From the human T2T-CHM13v2.0 reference genome, Homo sapiens, in assembly GCF_009914755.1 (NCBI RefSeq), contig NC_060929.1: 64,000 nt of DNA; one strand, written 5' to 3'. Below are positions 30,915-44,211 of this stretch, piece after piece. How positions within the stretch are numbered: position 1 is the stretch's first letter; every line of letters begins with the position of its first letter. The notes beneath the pieces are model-generated. The model was not told the origin of the DNA. It made no database searches and saw only the letters and a list, made by a program, of their open reading frames with translations. The position numbers and the translations under genes were made by a program.

Positions 30915-31280
30915 CGTATTAGTCTTTTCTCATGCTCCTAATAAAAACATATCCAAGACTGAGTAATTTATAAAGAAAAAGAGATTTAATGGACTCATGT
31001 TTCATGTGGCTGGGGAGAACTCACAATCATGGTGGAAGGCAGAGGAGGAGCAAAGTCACCTTTTACATGGTGGCAGGCAAGAGAGAGCTTGTGTAAGGGA
31101 ACCCCCCTTTATAAAACCATCAGATCTTATTAGACTTACCCACTATCATAAAAACACCACAGGAAAGACCAGTCCCCATGATTCAATTACCTCCCAAAAG
31201 GTCCCTCCCACAACATGTGTGGATTATGGGAGCTACAATTCAAGATGAGATTTGGGTGGCGACATGGCCAACCCATATTG
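30915..31280 (-). mobile_element. THE1B-like solo LTR nested in the MER57 3' LTR region
   Basis: CGTATTAGTC..CCATATTG; TSD GCTGG on both sides. Confidence 0.88.
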
Positions 31281-32074
31281 GCTGGAATGTTCTGTTTACA
31301 GGGGAAAACAAAACCTGGCTGTTTTAGGATCTATGTGTTTCCTTAAAGTCTTAGTTTGGCTATGTCAGATTCAGCATAAGTGACCCTATTTTGGTTTGGT
31401 CTGGTCTGTTGGGGCCTAGTGCATGGCCCCCCGATAATTTTGTTTAAAAATTTTCCCCTTTTGGTCAGGTTCTCATTTAGGTGAGAGTGTGACCAAAACT
31501 TAGGGCCATAGTATCACCCTCAGTTACCATCAGCCTCTGCAGGTCATTCAAAGGTTATAGTGCCCTCATGGCCACGTATTTCTTTCTGCTCTTGTCATCT
31601 CAGTTGAAGAGAGACCATGTGACATTCTAGAGATGGCTGCATGCAAATATTTAAAACTTTTGGGAGAATAAAGTGCACCAGGGCGAATACTATTATGACT
31701 ATCAGAAGGATAATACCAAGAATTTGTAGTATGCTCTTTAGCCATAAGCCAAACCAACTAAAAACAAATAGATCAAAGGATAAGCCAGATAAAGAGTCTA
31801 CTCACTTTAACTTATCATTTTGAATAATCCTGTTTATCTCACTTTTGGATGCTTCAGGAGCCCTCTGTAGCATCCCAAAGTTAGAGGTCAAGAAAGACAA
31901 CTTTGAAGCTGAAATTTGAGTTTAGAAGGCATGTCAAATATGTCAAAGGTTTTAAACACTTGACCAAAATAGGATCACAGGCCAACATGAAACAATAGTC
32001 ATTCATTTAGCCAAAGTGATAATTACAAGATTTCCAATAACAACAACCTGTACTCTTTGATAAGGCAGACTCAA

Positions 32075-35000
32075 CTTTTCACTAGAAATCAGGGTTACTA
32101 AGATGCAAAAACTTGATATGAGAGAAATAATTCTATATACGGAATGTATAAACAAAAGTAGGATATCTGTTTGATGAGAAAAGTCATAAAGGCATAACAA
32201 TATGTGTGTGTTAAAAATCTTGTCTGGTTTGAAGTTACTTAAAGGTTTCAAACTGAAGAAGTAAAAAAAATAGATAAAACAAGATGAATATAGAAAGTAG
32301 AGGGAAAATGTAAAACAAAAGGTTTATGGAAATCTAGTGTGGTTAAAAGATGGCAGATTTTATAAATTTATGAGATTTTATTAAAATTAGTTTTAGTATT
32401 GATAACACACTAATATAAAAGTAAAATTTGGTTTTCTGTTTGAACAAATTTTTTGTGTAGTATTTATAAGACACAGTAAAACATTTTTATTCATCTTTTG
32501 AGTAAACTGTGAAAGGAAAAGAAAAGAGAAAGAAAAGAAGAGACAGATCCTGTCTCATGCTGTGTCAGGTCTTTTGACTTTTTGGAAAGCTGAGTCTCCT
32601 TTATCAAAAAGTACAGGTTTTTATTTTTAAAAATCATGTAATGAAAACTTGTAGTGAAAAATCTTTTTTATTAAAAAAATTGGGGTTGACATTTATAGTT
32701 ATATTAATTCAAGGGTGAAAGTTGTCTTTCTTTCTCTTGAACAAGATTTTCACATAATATTAAAGGATAATGAGATATTTTTGTTTCCTTGTGAATAAAC
32801 TACAAAAAAAGGAAAGAAGAAGACAGGAGACAGATTGATTGGAAAGCTAAGTCTTCCCTCTTAATGAATGTGATGGTAAATATTCAATGAAGTGTCAACA
32901 TGCTTGGATTAAAGGATGCAAAGTATTGTTCCTGGGTGTCTGTGAGGGTGCTGCCAAAGGAAATTAATATCTGAGTCAATGGACTGGGAGAGGCAGATCC
33001 ACCCTCAGTGTGGGGATGCACAATGTAATCACCTTCCAGTGGGGCTAGAATGAAATAGGCAAGAGAAGATTAAAGGAAAATAGGCAGGAGAAGACTTGCT
33101 GAGGCTTCCAGACCCCATCTTTCTCCCATGCTGAATGCTTCCTGCCCTCGAACATAAGGCTCCAAGTTCTTCAGCTTTTGGACAATTGGACTTACACCAG
33201 TGATTTGCCAGAGGCTCTCAGGCCTTCAGCTACAGACTGAAGTCTACACTGTCAGCTTCCTGACTTTTAAGGTTTTAGGACTCAGACTGATCCACCACTG
33301 GCTTCCTTGTCCCTCAACTTGCAGACGTCTGTCTTGAGACTTCACCTTGTTATGGTGTGAGTCAATTCTCCCAATAAACTCCCCTTCGTATAGACATATA
33401 TCCTATTAGTTCTGTTCCTTTAAAGACCCCTGATTAATACAATGAGTAAAGGTTTTTGCCTTGTAAAAAATTTTTTGAGTCATCATTTTGGCTAAATAAA
33501 TAACTTACAGTAATCTGGAATTCTATTTCATAATATCAAGTGTTTTAAATCTCCAGCATATCTAACAGGCTTCATAAAATCAAATTTCAGCTTCAAAAAT
33601 TGTCTTTTCTAACCCCTAACTTTTGGATGCCACAGAGGCCCCCTGGAGCATCCAAAAGAGAAGTAAACAGGATTATTTGACATGTTCAGTTACATGGGAT
33701 TTCCAAAATAAAAATAAGGTTTAATTTTATTCAGATTATATTTTAGTGAATAATATTAATACATAATCCAAAATTGTATGGGATTTCCAAAATTCTAATA
33801 TCTGAGTATATGCTATCAATCATATTTAAGCTTATTGTGTTAAGTTATTGTAAACCACAGAAATAACCAAATTTCTTTGTCAATTGTGTTTTTGACTGTC
33901 ACTGCCTGGACATGTTATCATTCACAGACAATTGTTATCTTGATTTGATCAAAAGATGGTTTATAATCAGCTATAGGGCTTTGAATATTATAGCTACTCT
34001 CAAATGCAGGTTTCTGATGACTTTGGAGATTGTGACATTGGAATAAAGGAAAAACATACAAGACTCATAAAGAGCTGAAATGCTCATGAATATCAGGCAG
34101 AATAAGAGTTAACTGAATGGACTGAACCAGCAGAAAACTAAAGTAATCTTTTTTAACTTTTTGCTTAAAACATTGTTGATCTTTGTTTTGTTTGTCAGAG
34201 TCAAGGAAACTTTTTCTTTTGAGGTATCTACAGCTTTTAATAATTGAATAAGTTATAATCCTGTGAAAAAATTTGGAGCATATTTGTTCCTCTCCACCTG
34301 GCTTCTCCAGAATTTGGAAACTGTGAGTATTCTTAACTTATGGTGATATAATTATTTGCATCAGTGCAATAACAATCCATTTTCTTTTGCAACAGGATGC
34401 AATTGCAGAAACTGGTTGTTTTACCAAGGCTTTGACGGAAATGGCAAGCTTTCCTTCAAGGTATCAAGCTAGACTTGCAGAGCCAATAAAAGCCTCTTGA
34501 GAAAACTGACCTGATACTGTATCTACACACTCCCTGTTCAGGGTTCCTAACTTATGGTGAGTAAAGAATGTCACTCTCTAATAGGCCCAAGAGCCCTGAC
34601 CTATCTTTGGACCTCAAGAGAGAGGAATTTCCCCAACTCGTAAGTGTTTGAGGGACAAAACCCATGACTGGGCTCAGCTTTAAAAGGTGTTATCTGAGTT
34701 TCTTTGTGGAATAGAGTTTCATCAAAGCCAATTTAAAAAACTATGTGAAAAATAATTATTCTTCCTGCACTTTTATGCAAATAATTAGGCCAAATATAAA
34801 ACTAAAGTTTATTTTGCAAACAATTCAGTCCTATCATGATTTGTTTTTAACAAAAATGGAACTGGAGAGAGAAAAATTATGTTTAAAGACTTACCACACA
34901 CATCATTAAATTCTAGTTCCATTAGTTGTTTTTAAGTTTTTGCCTACATTTTAGACTAACCCTGCTCATTCCTGTGAACCAACCAGTGATCTCTGGCTGC

Positions 35001-35517
35001 AGCTCAGAAGAAAACAAAGGGATAGGTAATGTAAAAATCTGAATCAATATTCTACTTCTGGGCAATTATCCTGTAAATCATGATGGGTGATAGAGGTAAA
35101 TGGGTTTCCGTAAACCAAAGGTTTCTTTATTTGGGAAAATAATACCAAGGAACCTAACTAAAGCCAAGTCCCATACTCCAAAATCTTAGCTGGCACAACT
35201 ATAGCCCACCAGTTATCTCAGCATACTGGCAGCCTCAGGATTTTTAAGCAGTCTTTACCCCTCTCTTTCATTTTGATTCATGTTTTCTAATAACCCAGTT
35301 TGTGTCTTCTCACCTTCAGGCCATCAAACTTCAAATGGTCATGCAACTGGAGCCTCGGACGATGGCTCTCTTTTACTAGGGACCCTTAGATAGCCCTCTG
35401 AGGGAGATCTGACTGCTACCTTCCCAAAACAACACCCCCTGTCAGCAGGAAGCAGTTAAGATTGCTCATCCTCCTTATCCTAACAGCATTTAGATGTACC
35501 TCTTCAAATGGGGGAAA
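32075..35517 (+). mobile_element. MER4-group ERV1 internal sequence (second element, opposite orientation) ending in env tail and PPT
   Basis: GCCATCAAACTTCAAATGGTCATGCAACTGGAGCCT (AIKLQMVMQLEP) at ~35320; PPT TCAAATGGGGGAAA just before TG at 35518. Confidence 0.75.
32869..33441 (+). mobile_element. MLT2A solo LTR nested in the ERV1 internal sequence
   Basis: TGTGATGG..GGATGCAAAGTATTGTTCCTGGGTGT..CCCTGATTAATACA; TSD ATGAA/ATGAG. Confidence 0.9.
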
Positions 35518-36122
35518 TGCGACCAGCAGGAAGCAAACAAATAGGCAGACAGGAATGTGTCCCCAGTAAAACCCCACCTTCAAGCTGAAGACAGTCCCGG
35601 GTAAATTACTGGACCTGACTGAGGACTTGTCTTCCTGTTTGTCAGGCATTCCTGTGATTGATCCCTACCCTTCACCTATTTTATATATACCTACCCTTCC
35701 CTCATTGGTTTTTTACACTGTCATGCCCACCTTTGAGTGGTGCCTTTGTTTTAACCCTTTTGCATACTCCCAAACCAATGAGCATGCACTCCCCTTTTCT
35801 GAGCCCATTAAAAGCGCCAGATTCAGCCACACTGGGAGAAACCACCTGACTGTGGGGGTGGGGGACCACCCCCATGTCCCCTCTCCACTGAGAGCTGTTC
35901 CATCGCTCCATAAAATTCTTCTCTGCCATCCTCATCCTTCGAAATGTCAGCATGTTTCCATTCTTTTTGGACGCAGGACAAGAGCTTACCTGCCAAATGC
36001 AGGTACAGGCTGTAACACAGGCAGGCTGAATGGGCAGGGTGACTCCCACAGCAGGGCCAGGGCATTGCTGGCTGTGGAGGTTGCCCTGGCTGGCAAAGTG
36101 GCCGAGAAAAACCCTGAGTCAT
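35518..36122 (+). mobile_element. MER4-group ERV1 3' LTR (MER50/MER73-like)
   Basis: Starts TG after the PPT; CCAATGAGCATGCACTCCCC, CATAAAATTCTTCTCTGCCATCCTCA; ends CCCTGAGTCA. Confidence 0.7.
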
Positions 36123-37114
36123 TTTGAAGATCCACTTGATCAACTTAGCCAATGATTTTTCCCTACCTAAGTATGCAAGAAAGAAGAAACAAAGGGAATG
36201 GAACACAAAATTCCCTGCAAATTTTCAAAAGCCAAATTTTACCCTCCTTGTAATATTGCCATTTACTACCAGTTTCTTTCTGACCCAGTCAGACATAAGA
36301 GGACTCTAACTGGTTCCAAGCCAGTTAAGTATCAGATCCAATCTGATTCTGGACCTAGCCCATTTTCTATCATGACTTCTAAACCCAGTTTGGATCAGAA
36401 ATTTGCTCAAAGAAACTGAGAGCTCAAAACACAAATCTGTGGAGCTTTGGAATCAGAGAGAGAACTTACCACAATCCCCAGTTGCTGTGAGAGAGCAATG
36501 AACATAATGGGCCCGGCCAGTACCTCACTTAGTCACTCAGTGTTCCTGGCACTTGCTGGAAGCTCAACTTTGGATCCCACTTCTAATGTCATCAGTTAAA
36601 AGAAAACTATAGTTGAATTAAATTTAACAGAGTTTAATTGAGCAAAGAAAGATTCATGAATCGGGGAATCTCCCGAGCCAGCGTAGGTTCAGAAACTCTT
36701 TATGAACAGAAAAAGGAGAATGACATACTGAAAATGGAAATGAAGAACAGAGACAGCAAAATTGGTTACAGCTTTATGTCTGCCTTACTTGAACACAGTT
36801 TGAACAGTTGGCCACCTTTGATTAGCCAAAACTCAGTGGCTGGCACAATAGTCTACAGTCTGTTTACAACTCCCTTTAGGTTATATTTCACAATGTACAG
36901 AGAAACCTTCAGGCCGAACTTAAAGTAGGTAAGGAGGCAGCTTTAGGCTAAACTTGACAACAGCCTCAGTTATGTCCCTGAATTCAAGCAGAATAGCTAT
37001 TTATGTGAAGAAAGAACACAAATCAGAAAGGACATAAAAAATATGAGAAATTGAGGACCGGTTTTCATTGACTTCATGGGTTAATCAACAACCATCTATA
37101 AAAGTAATTTTCAG

Positions 37115-37428
<314 letters not shown>

Positions 37429-37934
37429 TTAAAGCCTCCTAATTTTATATTTTGCTGAATACATTTATAATTCATTATGAAATATCCCCAAAGAGTACCT
37501 CAAATAGTTGGGCTGGCAGTTAATTTTGGCATTATGACATAGTATATATGTTGTTTTTAAATTCCTTTCAAAACATGTTCTAGTATTTATGGCAGGCTTC
37601 ACAATAGATTTATTGCACCTAGTTAATATATTTTTTTATTTCAAAAACGTGGTTTTCATTTTACTTATCTTTCACTTTTACAACTTTAGGATAAAATACT
37701 ATATTTTTAAAAATTAACTTGACAAATGGAAATAACAGTTTAGTTTCCCTGCTTTTAAGAATCTCACTGAAATGATGTATGTTAGTATGGAATTTGCTAA
37801 CCTTCTCACCTAATTCATGGTCAAAGATTTTTTAACACCTTCTAAGGCCTTGATTCACACAAAGCCAGGAAAATAAAAGAAGGTCTTTGTTAAGATAAAA
37901 AAAGAAATACAACAGTAATTGTGTCAGCCTTAGC

Positions 37935-37967
<33 letters not shown>

Positions 37968-39030
37968 CATTAACAAGAGGAGTAACAGTTGATATGAACA
38001 ATATAAATGTTTAATGTGTGTTTGTATATTGATTCAAGTTTGACTGGACAGTTTTTGTTCATTATTCCCTCACTCCTCAGATCCCTAATGAGAAACCTGA
38101 AGGATCTGAAGCTATTTCCTCTTCTGCTTCTTTAAAGAGAAAATTGATAGAGAGCTTGAGTCAAGTTTGAGAGGAAGAAATGGGACGCTAAGGGGGTAAA
38201 AAATTATAAAAGTCTGAGAAGACTATTATGAGTTAAAGAAAGAAAAAAGGAGTGCAGTAGGAAGGAATTCCCTAATCTCACAGATAGATAACAGCGTAGA
38301 CTGATGGGGATTCACAGGTGCCTGAGGGAAAATATTAAAAACAAACAGGCAAACACAAAATTTTTCGACACCATTCTCTGGATTTCATGTATATACGTGA
38401 TCATATAAAGCTGTGTTTTTTACTTATGGGAATAAACTGTACTTTGCTACATCAGTTAGACCATGAGGAATTACATACAGAAGTACACAAATAAAAGGAA
38501 CTTGACAGCAGAGGTGGAAAAAAGCTGTTGACAATACCATAGCTGAGGAGCCCACAGACACAAACAGAGATGACAACATCATCAGAAAGTGTTTTTCCAT
38601 TAGAATTCACAAATAATTCTAAAATTAGGAGCAGAGGCCGTGAAGGCAAGAAGAAAGAGACTTTTACTTGTGCACCAACTTAATCCATGGACAATGGAGC
38701 CCTCGACTTCTCTGGCTTGCAGCTGAGTAGGGAGGACCTGAGACCAGGGCAGAAAAGCAGTGACTCCAGACCAGGCTGGGGCAGTAAACAACCAGGTTTC
38801 GAAGACACAATCATCACGAGCTTAGTTCTTATGATCAGAATTGCATTTACCACAAATATACTCTCTTTGGATTAAGGACTAATATTTTACTTACCAATTT
38901 TGCTTAAAATTAATTTCAAATATGAAGCTAATTTAGAATACAAACAATAAATTCTCACCAAACATTTAAAGACAGTTATTTAAGATTTTTATTTTAAAAA
39001 GCCTTTAAGAGTGGCATAAAAATACTTCGT

Positions 39031-39328
39031 GGCCGGGCACGGTGGCTCACACCTGTAATCCCAGCACTTTGGGAGGCTGAGGCAGGCAGATCCCGAGGTC
39101 AGGGGTTTGAGACCAGCCTGACCTACGTGGTGAAACCCTGTCTGTACTAAAAATACAAAACTTAGCCAGGTGTAGTGGTGCGCACCTCTAGTCCCAGATA
39201 CTCAGGAGGCTCAGACAGGACAATCGCTTGAAGCCAGGAGGCAGAGGTTGCAATGAGCCGAGATCGCGCCACTGCACTCCAGCCTGGCAACAGAGCGAGA
39301 CTCTATCTCAAAAAAAAAAAAAAAAAAA
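39031..39328 (+). mobile_element. AluS (Sg-like)
   Basis: Full Alu with poly-A; TSD AAAAATACT. Confidence 0.92.
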
Positions 39329-42246
39329 TACTGCCTAAGAGTATTATAGATGAAACATTTAACAATTAAGGTAAATATCATCTGTATCAAAAAAATTAAA
39401 TGTTAACATATCCATTTTATTCTCTAAAAAGCATAGGTTGTTAACAAAATATTAATGTTGTAGGGAAAAAGATAATGGAGAAACAAAATTAAACCAAGTA
39501 TTAGTCAAAGGCCATAATTGAAATAGCTGAGGATAAAATTAAGGAATCCCAAATCTGAGGAGTGGGGTTCTCTCATAACATATCTGAAATACAAAAAACT
39601 TCAGAAACTGTGTGAAGAAGTGCAATAGACGTTTATAGTAGATGCAAAAGTTTCACTTAAAGTAAAGGAAGAGGGAAAGAAGGAAGAGGAGGAATTAAGA
39701 CACAAGTTAAAAGGAAGACATGGAGGTAATCCTACATACAATAATATCTCCATTTGGATCATGTGAGTACTGAATATATAATTTATTTAGCTAATACTAA
39801 GTGCCAGTCATCATCATTCTAAACAGTTTACGATCATTTGCACATTTAATTTCATAGCAGACTGTAAGAAAGGTCACACCATCATTTTATAGATGAAGTC
39901 CCAGAGGTTTAGAAGGGATATTCGTGATCTTCAAGTTATTCAGGTAACAGATTATGTCATCAGCCTGCCTTTCAAAATTCTAAAATATTTAGGGATTTGG
40001 GTCTTTTAATCTGGATCAGGTGTGAATTTTGCAGTGCCGGATGCAAATAACTACAAAATATCCAAATAAGCATGATGCTTTGAAGTATAATACTTTAGCA
40101 GGTATAGTAATGCATTTTCAAGAAAGAGAAGTCAAGTCTGTGAAACATAAGTGGAACAGTGTAACACACCAGCATACATTTTCAGAATAAACTTCTCTCC
40201 TCTCCCTGTTGGTTTAATAGTACCTTCATATCTACCACAACAGATTTGCCAAAACTGAAAATGATAATGAACCATACAAATAAGAGATTGTCTACTGTCT
40301 TGCTACTGATTGGATAACTTTTATTACTGTTAATGGTAATTTTGGAGTCAAAAATTCTCTGTGAAAAATCTTTGTTTTACAAGTTTTCATTCAGCACTTG
40401 ACATGATTTTGGGTTTGACAATGGCCATCTTACTATTCTTTACTTTTCTTGTACGTTGTATCTTTTTTTTTGTTTTGTGGCAAGGAGTTAGAGTGTCAAA
40501 ATAAATATATTTTATATATGAAAATGTTTTTATTATTGATATAATTTTTGTTCTAGTGCTATGTTAACTTTTCATTGCTTTTCTTTCACAATCTATCTTT
40601 CTATTAAACCACAAAGTTTAAGTTTTTTTGTGTTTTGTTTCAGATGGAAAGGAGAGAATTAAAGGTTAGATTTATAAAGATCTGACATATTCCAAATATA
40701 ATAAACATCTTTATTTTTTCCTAAATATTTAATCATTTTAACTTATTTACAAAATAGTAAAGTTTAAGCAGGAAAAGAAATGTATTGCCTCCTTGTTATT
40801 TCCTTGCCTATCAATATTGATTTGACTAAAAAGAGCATTTTTCAATAATATGCTTAGAAATTAGAACAAAACACTGATCCCAAAACATGGAGAAACTGTT
40901 AAATTTTGTCAAAAGTGTTAATTGGTTAAATCATAGTGCCTGTATTATGAGAATAGTTTTTACCTCTTTGTTCTAACTGCCAATGACTTTACATCATTGT
41001 CCCACTGAAAAAAGAGAAAGAATATACATTTATTCAGAGAGGGTTAGAGACTTTGAATGGAAATACAAATAAAACTAGCATTTTTGGAACATTTATAAAA
41101 CATAGTGTTGAGAATTTTTTATTTTTAATTCACATAACACAACATCTTGAAATGTAGGCATGTAGAATCCTGATTTTACAGATGGCAAACCAAAGATGCA
41201 GTAAGAAACCAAGAGAACCACTTGTTAGTGGTGTAGCTCAAGAGCTTCAAAACTCATGTTCATCACAACTCACTGGAAAGCACTGCACTTGAGTTTTTCT
41301 TGTTTGTTTGTTTCTCATAACTAGAGACCATGCCAGAACATTTCTTTTGGGAGGAAAAAAAAAAGGGAAAACATAAACTATTTTGATTTTGGATAGTAGA
41401 ACATACCTGCTTTTTTGTAGGTTTGGTGAATCTCTCCTCTACAATCAGAATCTGTCAATCAGCCCTGCTTGAGCACAAGCTTAATGGCCATAAATGTAAG
41501 AGCAGGATAAGGAGAGTAACTGGGAGAACAGTTATTGACAGTCTTAACAAGCTCTGATCAATTGATTTATGTAGAAAATCCAATTAGACTTGGCCGACTA
41601 GAGCTCTGTTGACATCAGAATGAAGTCTGATTGTGAATAGAGTTTGTTGTTAGGATCCCCTCCGGCCAGCTGAATTGATCAAGCATTTAAGCCCCCTTTG
41701 GTTTATATCCCATAATAAATATACTACCATTACTTGTCTACATATATTAAAAGCCAAACCCTTGAAAAAGGTGTAACAAATAACTAGTTGCTAAACATAA
41801 TCATGTAATTTTATTTTCATACATGTATAAATAATGTTATTTTTTCTTAATCAAATGATTCACGACTAATTTATCTACTTTTATGAAAAAGTCCTAAAAA
41901 TAGTGAAAGAGCATTTCACTTAGTTTTGTTACCAGAACTCTATAAAACCTCACAAATTATTTTACAATTATTTAGCACAGTGGTTAAAAGTTGCCTCCAC
42001 TCACTTTAATTCTACTTAATTTTTCTTTACTATTTTGGATATACAGCTTTTATGCAGATTCCTAGTAAAATTCTATGTCGTAATTCCAAAGTTAATGTAC
42101 ACTAAATGAACATGTTAACCAGACTCTTTCAACTTGATTCTTCTCTTCTTCGACCTATTACTAGTGGCTGAGTTTGTTCTTGGTCCCAAAGCAGGAGAAA
42201 TGTCAATCAGTTTCATCTTCCATACAAGCTCAGAACAGTTCATCTT

Positions 42247-42544
42247 TTTTTTTTTTTTTTTGAGACGGAGTCTCACTCTGTCGCCCAGGCTGGAGTGCAG
42301 TGGGGCACCATCTCGGCTCACGGCAAGCTCTGCCTCCCGGGTTCACGCCATTCTCCTGCCTCAGCCGGAGTAGCTGGGACTACAGGCGCCTGCCACCACA
42401 CCTGGCTAATTTCTTTTTCTATTTTTAGTAGAGACGGGGTTTCACCGTGTTAGCCACGATGGTCTCGATCTCCTGACCTCGTGATCTGCCCGCCTCGGCC
42501 TCCCAAAGTGCAGGGATTACAGGCGTGAGCCACTGCAACCAACC
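42247..42544 (-). mobile_element. AluY
   Basis: GCAAGCTCTGCCTCCCGGGTTCACGCCATTCTCC; TSD AGAACAGTTCATCTT at 42232-46 and 42545-59. Confidence 0.93.
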
Positions 42545-43254
42545 AGAACAGTTCATCTTAATTAGGCTTTTGTATTTCAAACTCTAGTAGTATTCTTGTA
42601 GTGAATTTCTACAAGATTGTTCCAACACAAACCTAACATTAATCAAATTTTGATTGTCCCTTTGTAGCATTAAGATTAGATATTTAATAGCAGAAGCTAG
42701 TGAAGCCATTAGAAGGATATAAGGTATCCTTAGATTTGCACAGCTGGCATAAAAGACAGAAATAATACATCAGTTTCTTGCCGTCAGGTTAGTACACTTC
42801 CTAGTATTTCACATTTGACACTATATTCTTTATTTTTTTTCTTCCAGGTATACATATTTTTAATTGGTGAAAAGGGTAACAGAGCAGAGTTCATTGATCC
42901 TTGTCTGCATACAGCTGTATTTTGTAGCATACAACGACTTTCTTCTAGATCTGTTTTTTTAATTTAAACAATCATTTTTTCAACAGTAACCAATACAGTG
43001 ATTGGCACGCAATATATGATTACTACATCTTTCTCCAATAAACTAATGAGCGATATGTATGAGAAATACATGCTACATATAGATGTGTATCTACTTACGT
43101 TAGCCCCCAAAAGGGTGAAGTACACTGAGAATAAAAATCATAACATTTTAACTTTTGCATCATAGCACACACATAAGACCTGACACATAATAAAATCACA
43201 AGTATTTGTTGAAGAAACAAACAAGTGAGTAATTCAATTAATATATACGATATT

Positions 43255-43978
<724 letters not shown>

Positions 43979-44211
43979 ATATTTGTATGTAAACATTCAA
44001 AAATATTTCACAAACTTACATTGTGGGGAAAAAATTACTTGACTCTCATAATGTCATATCAACTATTTTCCACACTTTATTTGAGAATTTTCTTCTCTAG
44101 GATATTATTTATAAAACAGGTTTTAGATATAGATATCTAACAGATATTTAATGATCCCTTTAAAATATCTTCAAATGTAGGACTTTTTAATTCATTCAAT
44201 AATACCACAAA

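Larger units (their letters stand above)
30499..36959 (-). mobile_element. MER57-type ERV1 provirus remnant: 5' LTR 36594-36959, PBS ~36575-36593, internal pieces 36125-36593 and ~31451-32075, 3' LTR region 30499-~31450
   Basis: Two homologous same-orientation LTRs (TAAAAGAAAA..AATTTAACAGAGTTT..GAACACAGTTTG). Minus strand begins TGTCAAGTTTAGCCTAAAGCTGCCTCC. tRNA-Leu-like PBS (..AGAAGTGGGATCC) and PPT AAAAGGGGAAAAT on the minus strand near 31450-31462. Confidence 0.8.

Noticed and set aside
35627-36206. ORFs of 115-166 aa on both strands
   Set aside because: Lie within an ERV1 LTR; no recognisable protein similarity.
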